A stretch of DNA of 64,000 nucleotides. Origin: Octopus vulgaris. Lineage: Eukaryota. Each line of letters starts with the position of its first letter. The first letter of the stretch is position 1. The stretch is from assembly GCA_951406725.2 (NCBI GenBank), contig OX597814.1, positions 38,440,001 through 38,504,000 on the forward strand, read 5' to 3'. The notes beneath the pieces are model-generated. The model worked only from the letters and a program-made list of their open reading frames with translations, made no database searches and had not been told where the DNA came from. The translations under genes and the position numbers were made by a program. Of this stretch, positions 1 to 12,581 are shown one piece after another.

Positions 1-262
1 GTTTTAGCATCCGTGAACTCTCAATAGGAATGTAAGCGTAATTATCATAAGTTTAGTACAGAAGATATAGGTGTGTAGCGGCTGAAAAACTTTCCTCAGA
101 ATACAGAAACAAACTCGAATTTCTTTACATTTATTCACAGTTGCTTCAGTGAGATTTCGTTTAGAAAACTTCATGATGCATATACGTTGGTACAGAATGT
201 GAAGCCGAAAATACATTACTTGAATTCTCTGATAATGTAACATTTTTATAGCAAATATATGC

Positions 263-293
<31 letters not shown>

Positions 294-838
294 TAAAATC
301 TGTTTAAAAGACAAACATACTGTGTTTATTAGGGTGTTTGCTTTTTGAGCAACGAGCTATGCCCATCTATATTTATGACCATCTGCACCATCATTGATAA
401 TAAGGATAACAAACACGTATACAAATATCCTAGTAAATAATAGCATATGCAATTTTATGTTTCCGGAGGTTACGTTTCATTTATAATTATGTAAACTTAA
501 TACTTTTAGTTTCTTTTAAGTAACCTCTACATTTATTTTAATCAATATCTTCACAAATTTATATACATATACATATATATATATATATGTATATATGAGA
601 GGTTTTAGTATCCTGAATAGGCAGGTGAGGTTATGTAAGTGCTACGGAGGGATCGCTGTTGGACAACCAGTTCGATAATAACGGTTTAGCACGGGTCATG
701 TGTGAGTGTGTATAGGTTAAATAAAATGAGACAACAAAGCCGAGGCATTGTGAATTTTCAAGGACGTTCTATAAAACGATGTGTAGACTTACAGCTGTCT
801 CAGGGATATAAAAAAAAGAACCATTATGAGAGACAATA

Positions 839-2129
839 CGAGGGACGTTCAATAAGTAATGTCTTAGACCCACTTGCATTTGTTTGATCTAGTTGAAATT
901 TTGCATGTGCAACTATCTATATCTCTATATATTAAGTGACAAATTACAGCTCTGAGCTAATTGTGGTTTCTGATTTACAGGTGTTTGAACTGAGTCAATT
1001 GTGAAATGGAGCCTGTTGAGTGTCGAGCAGAGATCCGGTTATTGTATTTGAAAGGACGCACACCACAGGAGACTTTTGATGAAATGAAAGTAACTTATGG
1101 TGATGATGCCCCATCATATGACCTTGTAAAACACTGGCATCGTGAATTCAAACATGGTCGGAACTCTGTGGAAACAGCTCCCAGATCTGGTCACCCCACT
1201 TCTGCCATTGATGAGGCATCTGTCCGTCATGTTGAGGCACCATTTTGGAAGATCGATGCATAACTATTCGCCAAATAGCCCATGAGGTCAAGATTAGTAC
1301 CGGGTCTGTGGAAACTATCATTCATGACCACTTGCATATGCAAAAGGTGTCTGCCAGATGGATTCCCAGGTTGCACACACCTTTTCAGAAGCAAGAACGC
1401 GCCGAGTGCTCGAAGATGAATTTGGAGATCTGCTAAGAAGATGAGTCAAAATTTTTCAAAAGACTGATTACACCGGATGAAACCTGGGTCCATCACTATG
1501 ATTCAGAGACCAAAGCCCAGTCAATGCAGTGGAAGCACCGTGACTCACCTCCTCCAAAGAAGGCAAGGGTGCAGCCCTCCGCTGGCAAGGTCATGCTCAC
1601 AGTATTCTGGGACCAGGACGGAGTATTGATGACAGATTTCCTGGCAAAGGGTACCACAATTACAGGAGCCTATTATGCTTCACTTTGAGGAAATTAAGAG
1701 AAGCTATCAAAATCAAGAGGCGGGGCAAGATCAGCAAAGGCATCATCCTCCTGCAGGACAACGCTCCGGTCCACAACTCGCGTGTCGCCAGATCAGAAGC
1801 ACAGGCGTGCTGCTATGAACTCCTCCCCCATCCCCCCAACGCTCCTGACCTTGCACCCTCCGATTTTCACCTCTTCCCAGCCACGAATTTATTTTTGAAA
1901 TGAAAGCATTTCACAGATGATGCAGCCTTGATTTCTAAAGTCACGCCGTGGTTGGAGGACCAAGCTGGGGTCTTCTACAAAAACGATCTCCAGCGCTGCA
2001 TCAAACGATGGCAGAAATGCGTAACTCTGTGTGGTTCCTATGTAGAAAAAGACTAATAACTGTGCCCAGTTTAGTTGCTCTACTGCTATGGGAAGTGGGT
2101 CCTAGGCATTACTTATTGAACGCCCCTCG
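839..2129 (+). mobile_element. Full-length mariner (Tc1/mariner, DD34D; irritans/Bytmar-like) DNA transposon, ~1.29 kb, defective
   Basis: TA-flanked TIRs: CGAGGGACGTTCAATAAGTAATGTCTTAGACCCACTT at 839 and AAGTGGGTCCTAGGCATTACTTATTGAACGCCCCTCG ending 2129. TA TSD at 837-838 and 2130-2131. Size is typical of mariner. Confidence 0.95.
1006..2056 (+). pseudogene. Mariner transposase pseudogene (frameshifts and stops)
   Basis: ORF pieces give the HTH N-terminus (MEPVECRAEIRLL...), WIPRLHT (WVPREL-like linker), ITPDETWVHHYD, QDNAPVH, PHPPNAPDLAPSDFHLF (34 residues between the 2nd and 3rd D) and C-terminal YVEKD*. In-frame TAA at 1434-1436 and several frameshifts. Confidence 0.93.
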
Positions 2130-2180
2130 TATGAGAGAGTTTAATTGAAGTATATAGCATTACAATATCAGAAGTTATTT

Positions 2181-2545
2181 AAGGCGTCGAACTAGCAAAA
2201 ACGTTAGCACTCCGGGCGAAATGCTTATCGGTATTTCGTCTGCCGTTACGTTCTGAGTTCAAATTCCACCGATGTCGACTTTGCCTTTCATTATTTTCGG
2301 GTCGATAAGTACCATTCACGCACTGGGGTCGATGTAATCGACTTAATCCGTGTGTCTGTCCTTGTTTGTCCTGTCTGTGTTTAGCCTCTTGTGGGTAGTA
2401 AAGGAATAGGTATTTCGTCTGTTTATACGTTCTGAGTTCAAATTCGTCCGAGGTCGATAAATTAAGTACCAGTTGTGTACTGGGATCTATCTAATTGATT
2501 GGCCCTCCTCCCCATAATTTCAGGCCTTCTACCTAGAGTAGAAGA
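2181..2545 (+). mobile_element. tRNA-derived SINE, family A (Octopus-type), with internal duplication
   Basis: Head AAGGCGTCGAACTAGCAAAAACGTTAG and B-box-like GAGTTCAAATTCC. The core GTATTTCGTCTG..CGTTCTGAGTTCAAATTC..GTCGATAA..GTACCA occurs twice (~2231 and ~2410). Homologous copy at 23846. Confidence 0.8.
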
Positions 2546-2949
2546 GAATATAAGAAGTTATTTTGGAAAGGGAAAACTATCGGCAGTATAAACGGAAATA
2601 TAATATAAAGATATATTTTGATGCTAAACTTGCTGTTCATTATCCAAATAATGTGTTGCGTAGAATGGGTACCGAGGTTGTCCATGGTATGTAAGTTCCG
2701 ATATTTTGCTATTACAAATGGATGGTGTGAATGTAATAATTCCCTGTGGTGTTCATTCAAATGGATCTTTTAGTGTAACTGAAACTTTGAGAATAGAATC
2801 TATTTGATTGACAAACATGAGATGTAAAATACAGCCACTTCGATTAGTCGTTTCAAATCCTGCTCGGGACTGACTCATTTCAATAGCCACAAAATAATCA
2901 CACACAATATACTGAAGCACACTTTTACCATTATATTTTCGCTATAAAC

Positions 2950-3581
2950 CGTCCTCGTGACTCCCTTCGTATCTACGATGGGGAATGACCTATACGATAA
3001 AAATTCAGAGTTACTCGTGGTCGGTGAATTATAATTGAAAATGCGAAGGCGGTTTATCAATTCAAATATCGATATCAACGAAATAATCATATTTTTTGAA
3101 TTTTTAATGATAAAACATTTCCGAACGATAGTCTTTGTAATCCCAAAACATATCGTAACCATTGGTCCAGATATCTAGCCGTGAAGAAGGACCAGGCAAA
3201 GATACGGAAAGACAGGCGGACAAAACGCCCATTATAGTTACATATTGAAGCTGCTCTTCTAGAATGGGAAATAAAGGGATAGTATCGCAAATCTAAAATC
3301 TCTAAATTCATGAACTTTACGGTGGCAAGGGAAGTAATCCAGAGTTAATTCCCGTCGCTTGAATTCCTACAAAAAAATATCAATATCCACTGAGCAATCA
3401 TACTTTTCCACATTTTTTTCGCTAAAAAAAATTATAATTACCCATTTCGTAAATCCGAAAAGCATCGTGATCATTGGTCCAGCATTTTGACCGTGAAGAA
3501 GGAATAGAATGACAGAGACAGACGGAGAGACGAACGGACAAACTGACAGACGGACTGGCAAAATGTCCATTATAGTAAGAT
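2950..3581 (-). mobile_element. Two tandem copies of a non-autonomous Helitron-like (Lep1/DINE-type) element
   Basis: Direct repeat (~3065-3240 vs ~3375-3581) sharing CATTGGTCCAG..CCGTGAAGAAGGA..(GACA/GACG)n..CCATTATAGT. The minus strand begins ATCTTACTATAAT followed by a (GTCT/GTCC)n microsatellite, the layout of such elements. Confidence 0.55.
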
Positions 3582-4521
3582 ATCTCGCATGTTTTAGAGA
3601 TCAAGTCTGAGAACAGGATTCTCACGTACACATTTTTAATGTTACCCATAAAATCAAATTATCTATTGATTCTTCTCTGATTAAGATTTAATGTTTGTAC
3701 TCGGCTGTCTTTTAGTCAGTGTTGCTCGACAAAGATTCAAATGTTATCCAGTTCCAAATAATTTACGTATAAGGTACTGAAACTAAAATAATTTGGCTTT
3801 CATTATATTGGCAATGCAATTCGTCAAATTTAGCTCATTAAACATCTGCGATTTTGATAGCTATCGAGTTTTTGTTTCCTTTCCATGTACCATCAGATTT
3901 GTTGAGAGTTCCGAGAAAATATACGCCTTGGTGCAATTTTGAATAATGATAGCCCAGGATTTTGCCTTGAGGTAATAAATTTATTGCAGGTTTCGCAGCA
4001 GAAAGAGAAATGTTTATGTCAAAAGATTGATTTCTTACTTATAAAACAGTCAGGTACACAGTTTCCCAGTAATACCAATATCTTAAGCAATGAAAGATGT
4101 GTCCATGTCAAGTTCTATCAAAAGCTACAGCAAAATCAATGTATATGCAGTCAGTGTCAATATCATTGACAAGAATACTAAAGCTGCTGTCATGGTTTTG
4201 TTGTATTTGCGCCATGAAACGTCGTTATGCCCCAATCCATAATATAATGCATTATTTTCCTCAACGTAATTAATTATGCGTTTACAATGTGTTTACAATG
4301 CCAGTGCTGAAGGATGTAAGAGATGTAGACTTGTTTGATTTAGACCTATTTCGCGAATAAGTTTCTTTTTAGAATTGCTTGTTTGAGCAGTAATTCAATT
4401 ATAGTGTTATGGAAATGCTTAAGTAATGCTAAAGCTGTTTTTGTACGGTTTCAAAGATATAGCTGCTATGTTTATATTCGTTCTAAAGACTATACATATA
4501 CACACACACATAAATATATAA

Positions 4522-4596
<75 letters not shown>

Positions 4597-5294
4597 GTAC
4601 TGGTCTACCGACAAAAATATACTCCATCTGGTGAGAGATGATATATTATAAACAGAAAGCATTAATTGACCATTGCCCGTAGATTGTGATAAGGCACTGG
4701 ACATGTGAAAAGATTCTGTCTGAAATGCATTTCATCGTCTGAAACAAATATATATATATATATATATACACGCACATATTACATATGTACAAATAATATT
4801 GTATTGGTGCTTGTGACTGTGTCATTGCATTTATTTGTCCGACTGCATAGGTGAAAGAGTGTATGTGTTCGACTGAAACATCGTCTTTGCGTTTCTTTAC
4901 GTTTGTATATGTAGTATTTGTTGCTAAGTCATATATTCATTTATACAATATATCAAATAGTAAATAATATTAGAGAGTTAGAATGGTGTATATTCCGTAT
5001 TACTTTGAAATATATTTTCTTTCCACTAAATAATATGAATAATAAATGTATCTTAAAGTACCAACATTTTCGCAATTCAGCTGCAGGGATGTAAAAGCCA
5101 AATAATTGGTTGTATTTTTTAAGGTGCTTTATATTTTATTTATTGCTGTCGGCTGAAAATATATTTTATATCATAAACCATAGCTGAAACATTTAGCAGA
5201 TGGAAGCGTAGTGCTGCTAATATTATCGAGATAAATTTAATGAGCTATTAGAAATTAATTAAAACAGTGGACAAATACGTTATATATATATGTA

Positions 5295-5345
<51 letters not shown>

Positions 5346-5768
5346 CTATTTCATATTGTATATATATGAAATTATAAGATGAGGAACTGTGCTAACGGGT
5401 GAGTTCTACCATGTTGAAAGAGGAATTCGAACACCATCGAGTAAAGCCCTAGCGAAATAAAGAATGAAATATGTATAATCTATTTTCTCTTTCTGTTTAA
5501 AATGAAAGGAATGTATATGAGTAAAACTGTCGTCAAGTGCTGATTTCTCGCAAATTTCCTTCAGGGAGGAAAGAAGTTAATTAATAAATATTATGTTTGT
5601 TACACGCCTTCACACTCACACCCACATACACCCATGCACAAATATTCATACACCCCCCCACATACACACATACAAACATACATATAGATATATGTATACA
5701 TATGTATATAAACTTAGACTTAGATAAACTTAGATATGTTTCGGCCAAAGTTTTGTCCAGGCCATGTC

Positions 5769-8680
5769 TTACTTAATAGCACCACCTGAAAGGATTATTT
5801 GAATCCTATTTAAGTCAATTTTTTTTATGGTCCATTCAAGTAGAGAGTTTTTGTTGGGTGAGTTGTATCCAATTATGGGTGGCTTATCTGGTATTCCTAG
5901 AAGAAATCTATCCAGACCCCGTTTAAAATTGATGGGATCATTTTCCTCTTTGATCTCTTTCGGGACGATGTTAAATAGGGCAGGGCCTGTTGAGGAATAG
6001 AAATTATGTTCCAGTGTACGTGTATGCTGTAATCTTGAATTGGGCAGGGGACGGATGGCCCGTTGTCCCAGTCTTGGATGAACCTTGAAGCTGATGTTCA
6101 GGTCGTGTGGGCAAAGTTGGCGGTGTATTCTCCACATCGTGCAAATGATGTACCGCTCACGGCGACGCTGGAGAGAGTAGAGTTTCAAGGCTTTAAGGCG
6201 ATCCCAATAATCGAGAGCAGCCATGCCTTCAATTCGTTTAGTGAGTGCCCTCTGGGGTGATTCAATCCTCGAGATGTTTTGTCTTGTATGGGGAGACCAC
6301 AGTAGGCAGCAGTATTCGAAGTGTGGCCGTACAAAGGAGGAGAAAAGTGGTATGATGACACCTTGTTCTCTGGACCGGAAAGTACTTAAGATCCAGGAAC
6401 TCATCCTACGAGCTATATCGACCTTCTTGTTGATGTGTGCACTCCAACTGAGATCGTCATCAACAATTACACCCAGGTCTCTGATATTGTTAGAGACTGT
6501 GAGCGGTTCCCCTGAAGGAAGAGAGTATGGCTGTTTTAGTGAGGAATTTCTTCCAAAATGCATCAACTCAAATTTTCCCTCGTTCAGTTGCATTTTGTTT
6601 CTGTCAGCCCATTGACTCACAGCATATAGATCAGACTGGAGTTGAGTTCGGTCTGCTTCTTCATTGACGATTTGCTGGAGCTTAGTGTCATCAGCAAATA
6701 TTTTCACTTTGCAGTAATGTACGACACTGGAAAGGTCGTTTATGTAAATTATGAAGAGTAGCGGACCCAAGACAGTTCCCTGGGGGACACCGCTGGTGAC
6801 TTTTGCTGGGCTTGAGTGAACTCCATCAACTACAACATGTTGTGTTCTATTCGCCTGGAAATACTTAATCCAGTGTAGAACTTTTCCACGGATTCCAACA
6901 TTTGCCAATTTTGAGAGTAGGATATTATGGTCTACCCTGTCGAACGCTTTACTGAAGTCAAGATATATGACATCAGAGTTCGAACATGTTCCCAAGGCTT
7001 TGAGTACATCTTCAATGTGGTGTAAGAGCTGTGTTAGACAGTCCCTGCCACAGCAAAAGCCATGCTGATTTGCATTTAGGAGTTTGTGGGTCTCCAGGAA
7101 GTCAGCTATCCTTGATCTTAACACTCTTTCAAACACTTTAATGATGTGGGAGGTGAGTGAGATTGGGCGATAGTTGAGTGCGAGGGATCTGTTTCCTGTT
7201 TGAAAACCGGGATGATAGACTGGGATAGAAACTGTTTCGGTATATAACCTGCGTCTAACGAATTTCTCCAGAGGTTTGTCAGAGGGACTGCAAGTTGGTG
7301 TCTACATTCCTTCAGGAGACTAGCGGGGAATCTATCAGGGCCTACAGCAGAGTAGTATTTGACCTCATTTATTGCTGCTATGATGTCAGTGGCAGTGAAG
7401 GTTATGTCTGAGATTTTATGTTGGGAGTCAACTTCGTTCGCTTCTCTTACGTCAATATCAATATCAGTGGGAACACTAAAGACAGAGCAGTATTGTTTCT
7501 GCAGTATTTCTGCCATTTCTTTAGCATCGTGTTGGGGAATGCCGTTATCATCAATCAATGGCCCAATGGGTGAGACAGTGGTTCTATGCTTATTTGCATA
7601 AGAATAGAACACTTTTGGGTTCTGTTTGATGTTTTTGATTACCCACTGTTCCTCCACAGCTCTTTGATTTTCAATGGAGGTTTTCATGTCAGTCTGCAGA
7701 TGAAGTTTTTCCAGCTCTAGCCTTTTCATTGTTGGTGAATGTGGATGTTGTGTGTGGGAATATTTTAATTGGTTGATTTTTTTGTTGAGTCTTTTGATGC
7801 GCCTGATGAGTGTTTTGTTTCTTTTTAGGGAGCCGGTTTCTGTTTGTGTTAGTAGATTTCGTGGGAACGTGTTTAGAGCATGTATAGGTGACAATGTTTT
7901 CAAAGTGCTGCCCTGCGATCTCAATATGGGTGGAATTGAGAGTAAAAGACCAGTCGATGAAAGACAGATCCTTTCTGATTGTTCCCCAGTCCGCTTTCTG
8001 GAAGTTTATGTTGTCAAATGAGTGCCATATAGTGGGATGGGCTGGTTTGGTTTTTATATGTCGGGAATTAAAATTGCAGAGTACCATGTCGTGGTCTGAG
8101 AGGAGAGTTTTTTCAAATGAAATACTGTGAACGAAGCTAGAGTGATTGGTCAATACCAGATCCAAGATCGTTTTATTCTGTCTCGTTGGTTCGAGCACTA
8201 GCTGAGTCAGGAAGTATTCAGCCATTAGATTAAAGAGCAGTTCTGCTGCTGCTCTATCTGATGTAGAGCATTTGCCTAACTTCAGAGTATTTGTGGGCCA
8301 GTTCACATGAGGGAGGTTAAAATCACCCATCACTAGTATGTTTCCGGAGTTGTACTTCCGAAGGAAGGACTTGACTTTGCTAAGGCACTCTTCAAAGCAA
8401 TTTGGAGGTGCTTGGGGAGGCCTGTAAAGACCAACAATGATTATGTCCTTGGCCTTGCTGAATAGTGATACAGATTCACAATAGCCATTGGAAAATATGT
8501 CCTTGGCATCAAGTGAAAAGGAGTCATGGATAAAGATGGTTGTCCCTCGCTTATTTCGGTCTGTGCGATCCGCACGAACAATGGTGAGCCATTTTATTTT
8601 CACCTCGGCGTCCATATAGGTGTTGTTCAGATGAGTATCGGTAAGGATAAAGAAAGGAATGTCGAGGTAAGGGATGTTTG
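5769..8680 (-). pseudogene. LINE ORF2: AP-endonuclease + reverse transcriptase, broken by ~2 frameshifts
   Basis: APE motifs TDTHL, GLYRPP, MGDFNLP, PTRQNKTILDLV and SDHD. RT motifs NQHGF, YLDFSKAFDRV, GVPQGTVLGPLLF and FADDTKL. C-terminal LYSLQRRRERY and GPALFN..IPDKP. The 455-aa ORF 5769-7136 is open. Confidence 0.93.
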
Positions 8681-8759
8681 ATGTTTACATTGTTCTAATT
8701 TATGTTTTATGTTGTTCAGTGGTAACAATGTGGGTAGTTCTTGTATGGAGCTGTGTGTG

Positions 8760-9957
8760 TATGATTTTCTTGTTGGTAGTGGGTGTGTGGTCCTTGTGAT
8801 TTGCATAGGTGGTTGCTGATAGCTCGTTGGATCTCCTGGCTTAGGTCGGCCTTCATATTTTCTAGGTAAGTCAGTAAAAAGAGTTACCTCTTTGGTTTGC
8901 CACTTGGTCAGAGGATACCTATTTCATGTTTGTTATTTGGAGTTATGGTTTTTTCATAGTTCTGTCTTCGCTGTTTGATTGTAGGAGGGGAAACGTGGTT
9001 GTATTTTGCTTTTGTTGTTGTCGTAGATCTCCTCTGTTACTGTTTAAATTTATTTTGCGATCTTTTTGTGCCCTTCAGATAGTGGTGGTTGCATTCTGTG
9101 TTCAGGCACATCCTTAGTGACACAGGCGTTTGATACAGTTTAGGATGGAAGAAGGTGAATCCATTGCCTTCTGTGACTCCATATTTGGGATCAGGACCAT
9201 GGAATCTGTATTTAGGACAGTATTTGATGGTGGATGTGAGGGCAGTTTTTTCCCGTTATACCATATGGACAGGTGCCCTTAACAAGTCTACGACATAAGG
9301 TAGGATGGAAAAGAGCACAGCGTCCCTTGTTGGTGCCGCTGGCGCCAAATCTACAGTTGCCTTGAGAATAGTAACGGCAAGGTGTTTGATGTGGGTGTGG
9401 TAGTGGTTTTTCTATTCTGGCAGTCTCGATGGTCAGTGGTCTTATTGTAGTAGCAGTAGCAGTGTGTTGTTGTTGTTGCTGTAGCAGCAGTGAAACTTGA
9501 CCTGCAACAGTAGGGCTGGGTGGAATCGGGTCAGATGCTGGTGTTAAACAAGTTGCTTCCAATGTAGTAGCAGAAGCAGGCTGTTGTTGTGATAGTGAGT
9601 CCTGGCTTGCCAAGGTAGTGTTGGGTCAATGGGTGGAATTAGGTCAGATGTTTGTTGCTGGCTATCGGGTAATTGAAGTGACCCCTGACCTGTTGGAGTT
9701 GGGTCATTTGGTGCACTACATTCATTGACAAGGATGGATTCTAGTGTTGCCATGTGCGTGTGGAAAATAGGAAATGTTCTTACAATCTCTTTTATTTTAT
9801 TTTCGATCTGTTTTACAGATCTGTGAAAGGATTCTTTTGCTAACTTTTCAGCTATTTTACTGTAAACATTAGCTTCGTTGTGGTGAGTGTACCAAGCGTT
9901 TATCAGTGCAGGGATTTCATGTTCAACCCTGTGGCGTTTTTAAATATTATTGGCCAT
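8760..9957 (-). pseudogene. LINE ORF1 remnant: N-terminal Myb/SANT-like domain, P/Q/T-rich linker, tandem CCCH-type zinc fingers
   Basis: From ATG 9957: MANNI*KRHRVEHEIPALINAWYTHHNEANVYSKIAEKLAKESFHRSVKQIENKIKEIVRTFPIFHTHMATLESIL, in frame with ORF 9544-9753. ORF 9212-9613 has CRYYSQGNCRFGASGTNKGRCALFH and CRRLVKGTCPYGITGKNCPHIH. A shifted frame continues KYCPKYRFHG..FFHPKL..MCLNTECNHHYLKGTKR. Confidence 0.75.
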
Positions 9958-10930
9958 ATTTTGTGGGACAGTATTATACACAGTACGTCAGTTAAATTGA
10001 TGGATTGATGTATAATAGTGAATACACCGTTGAAAAGTTTGTGTCGATATATTCGGAAATGCGTGGCTTTATCTGAGTGTGTGTGGGAGAGTTCAGTGTA
10101 TTTAGTACAAATCAGGATGAGTGGTGTGTTTAATACAGATCAAGAAAAAAGAATTGTACTCACGGGACTAGTTTTAGAACTAGTCTTGGGTTTAGTTTTG
10201 GTTTATATTTCTTTCTCCAGGTTGTATATAGATTTGTATAAATTTATCCTCCGATGGTAGTAAAAGAGTCGAATAGTAGAATTGTAGAATTCAAAAGTTC
10301 TGAGACTAAAAACAAGGAGAGTTTCTGCTGGCTTGAGTTGAAATATGCTTCTTTGGCTACTGACTTTGACCGGAGCTATGAAAAGTACGTCTTGTTACGA
10401 CGAATGCCCGATATATATATATGTATATTTATTTATATATGCATGTATGCATACGTGCTTACACATGCTAATGCATACATACATATATACATGCACAAAC
10501 TGTCAGAGATTCACTGATTATCGGAATATTAAGCGACAATAGATTTGCTGAATTGGATTCAGACATTACCTGAGTAAAAAAGAAAAGCACAGATAAAATA
10601 ACCGCTGCAACTTGCGGGACCTTGTAGGAGAACTGCGATGGCTTGCTGGAAGCTAGCGATGTCTGCTGTCACCTCTCTGGATTGAAGTCTAACTGCTCTT
10701 TGCAATAATATTTTAACTTGAGTAAAAGACATAAATTTTAAGATATTCCAGAAGATATACATATCATGTATCAGCTTCATTCTCTGTGTGCTATTTGTAG
10801 AGAATCACATGAAACTCTACTGGCATACGTATTACTAGAAGCTGGTTATTCCGTGGTTGGATTTAAACAATTACACACACACACACACACACACACATGC
10901 ACACGCACAGACACGTGCGCGCGCAAGCAC

Positions 10931-11138
10931 GGAATGGGTGGATGTAATATGTGACGATTATTCTGTAGCCATGATAAAACTCGAAGTTTAGGGAAAATGC
11001 TATAAAAAAAATAGCATTTTTCCTATGGTCGGATAACTGAAGAGATGGCAGCGTGGAGTTTCACCTCGACATCCGAGACTAGGAGTTTTATCATGGGTAC
11101 CGAATAATTTTCACATATTACATTTACAGATACATTCC
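10931..11138. repeat. Inverted repeat / MITE-like palindromic element
   Basis: ATGTAATATGTGACGATTATTCTGTAGCCATGATAAAACTC (10942-10982) matches the reverse complement of GAGTTTTATCATGGGTACCGAATAATTTTCACATATTACAT (11083-11123). Confidence 0.75.
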
Positions 11139-11703
11139 TCTATTTTCATAATATCGAGGTTTCTTTTATTTTTCATATATATATATTCACGAACGAAGTG
11201 GAGAAGCTGAAAATCTCCTGGCTTTTAGGTTATCGTGAAATTCTTAGCTGGAGGCCCAGTTTTTCGCGTCCTTTCACAGGGTTTAGAAAAGCTGAAAGAA
11301 CACTGCAGGCAGTAAATGTGTGACTCTGAGACGGGATTTTTTTCAATAAAATGATAATTCACGGATACTCTAGTATTTTCATTTACCCAAATATAGGAAT
11401 ATTTTAGCATATCATCGAATCACTGCTAAAATCACTGCTATAATCCACAATGAGGCACTTTTAGGTCAGTTGACTATTTAACATCCTACTACTATCATAC
11501 TGCTTGCATTCCTTTATTATTCTCACTTTTTTCTTCGTCGTCCTCCTCTCTGTCACCTCCCTCGATACATGACTACTGTTTAGAATAGCACCTACATAAA
11601 TATTATAAACAATATATTCACAAGAGATACATAAAGAATTCAATCACTACTATCACCCACAATATGTCACTTTCAGAGCAATTAACCATATGGCACTCCC
11701 GCA

Positions 11704-11842
11704 TTCTTCTTCTTCTTCTTCTTCTTCTTCTTCTTCTTCTTCTTCTTCTTCTTCTTCTTCTTCTTCTTCTTCTTCTTCTTCTTCTACTTCTTCCTCTTCT
11801 TCTCCGCTTCTTTGTTGTTGTTGTTGTTATTATTATTATTAT
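11704..11842. repeat. Compound microsatellite (TTC)n-(TTG)n-(TTA)n
   Basis: Directly visible trinucleotide runs. Confidence 0.97.
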
Positions 11843-12138
11843 CTGCCAAGAATTCACAACTACCTCGAACCCTCAAGAGTAGACAGGAGAGAGAGAAAGA
11901 CAGGCAGAGACAAGGAAAATACTCTTTGAATTTGAATATAATGGAAATATTCCTTTAAATGTTTTTCTTTTAATTTTTCCCAAATTAATTGCTTTCCATA
12001 CTTATAGTTCAAAATATCTCAATGACTGAAACCGCGACTGAAATGTGTTTTATAAAATTATTTTAGCATCTTGTACCTCGACTTCCTTTCCATATCTGTC
12101 AACTCGCGTGTTCTTTTCAAACATTTTACACACACACA

Positions 12139-12581
<443 letters not shown>

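Larger units (their letters stand above)
5712..10410 (-). mobile_element. Near full-length non-LTR retrotransposon (APE + RT; Proto2/CR1-like LINE), ~4.7 kb
   Basis: 5' UTR (~10410-9958), ORF1 remnant, ORF2 remnant, very short 3' UTR and a (TCTAAG)n-like tail at 5712-5735. Both ends abut TA-rich microsatellites. The 5' boundary is approximate. Confidence 0.9.

Noticed and set aside
6063-8130. Plus-strand ORFs overlapping the LINE (and minus-strand ORFs at 28097-31259)
   Set aside because: Antisense shadows of retrotransposon coding sequence.
10340-10410. Possible HDV-like ribozyme at the LINE 5' end
   Set aside because: Could not build the nested double-pseudoknot by eye; no support.
11618-11929. 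Poly-R / poly-L / poly-S ORFs
   Set aside because: Frames of a (TTC)n repeat.
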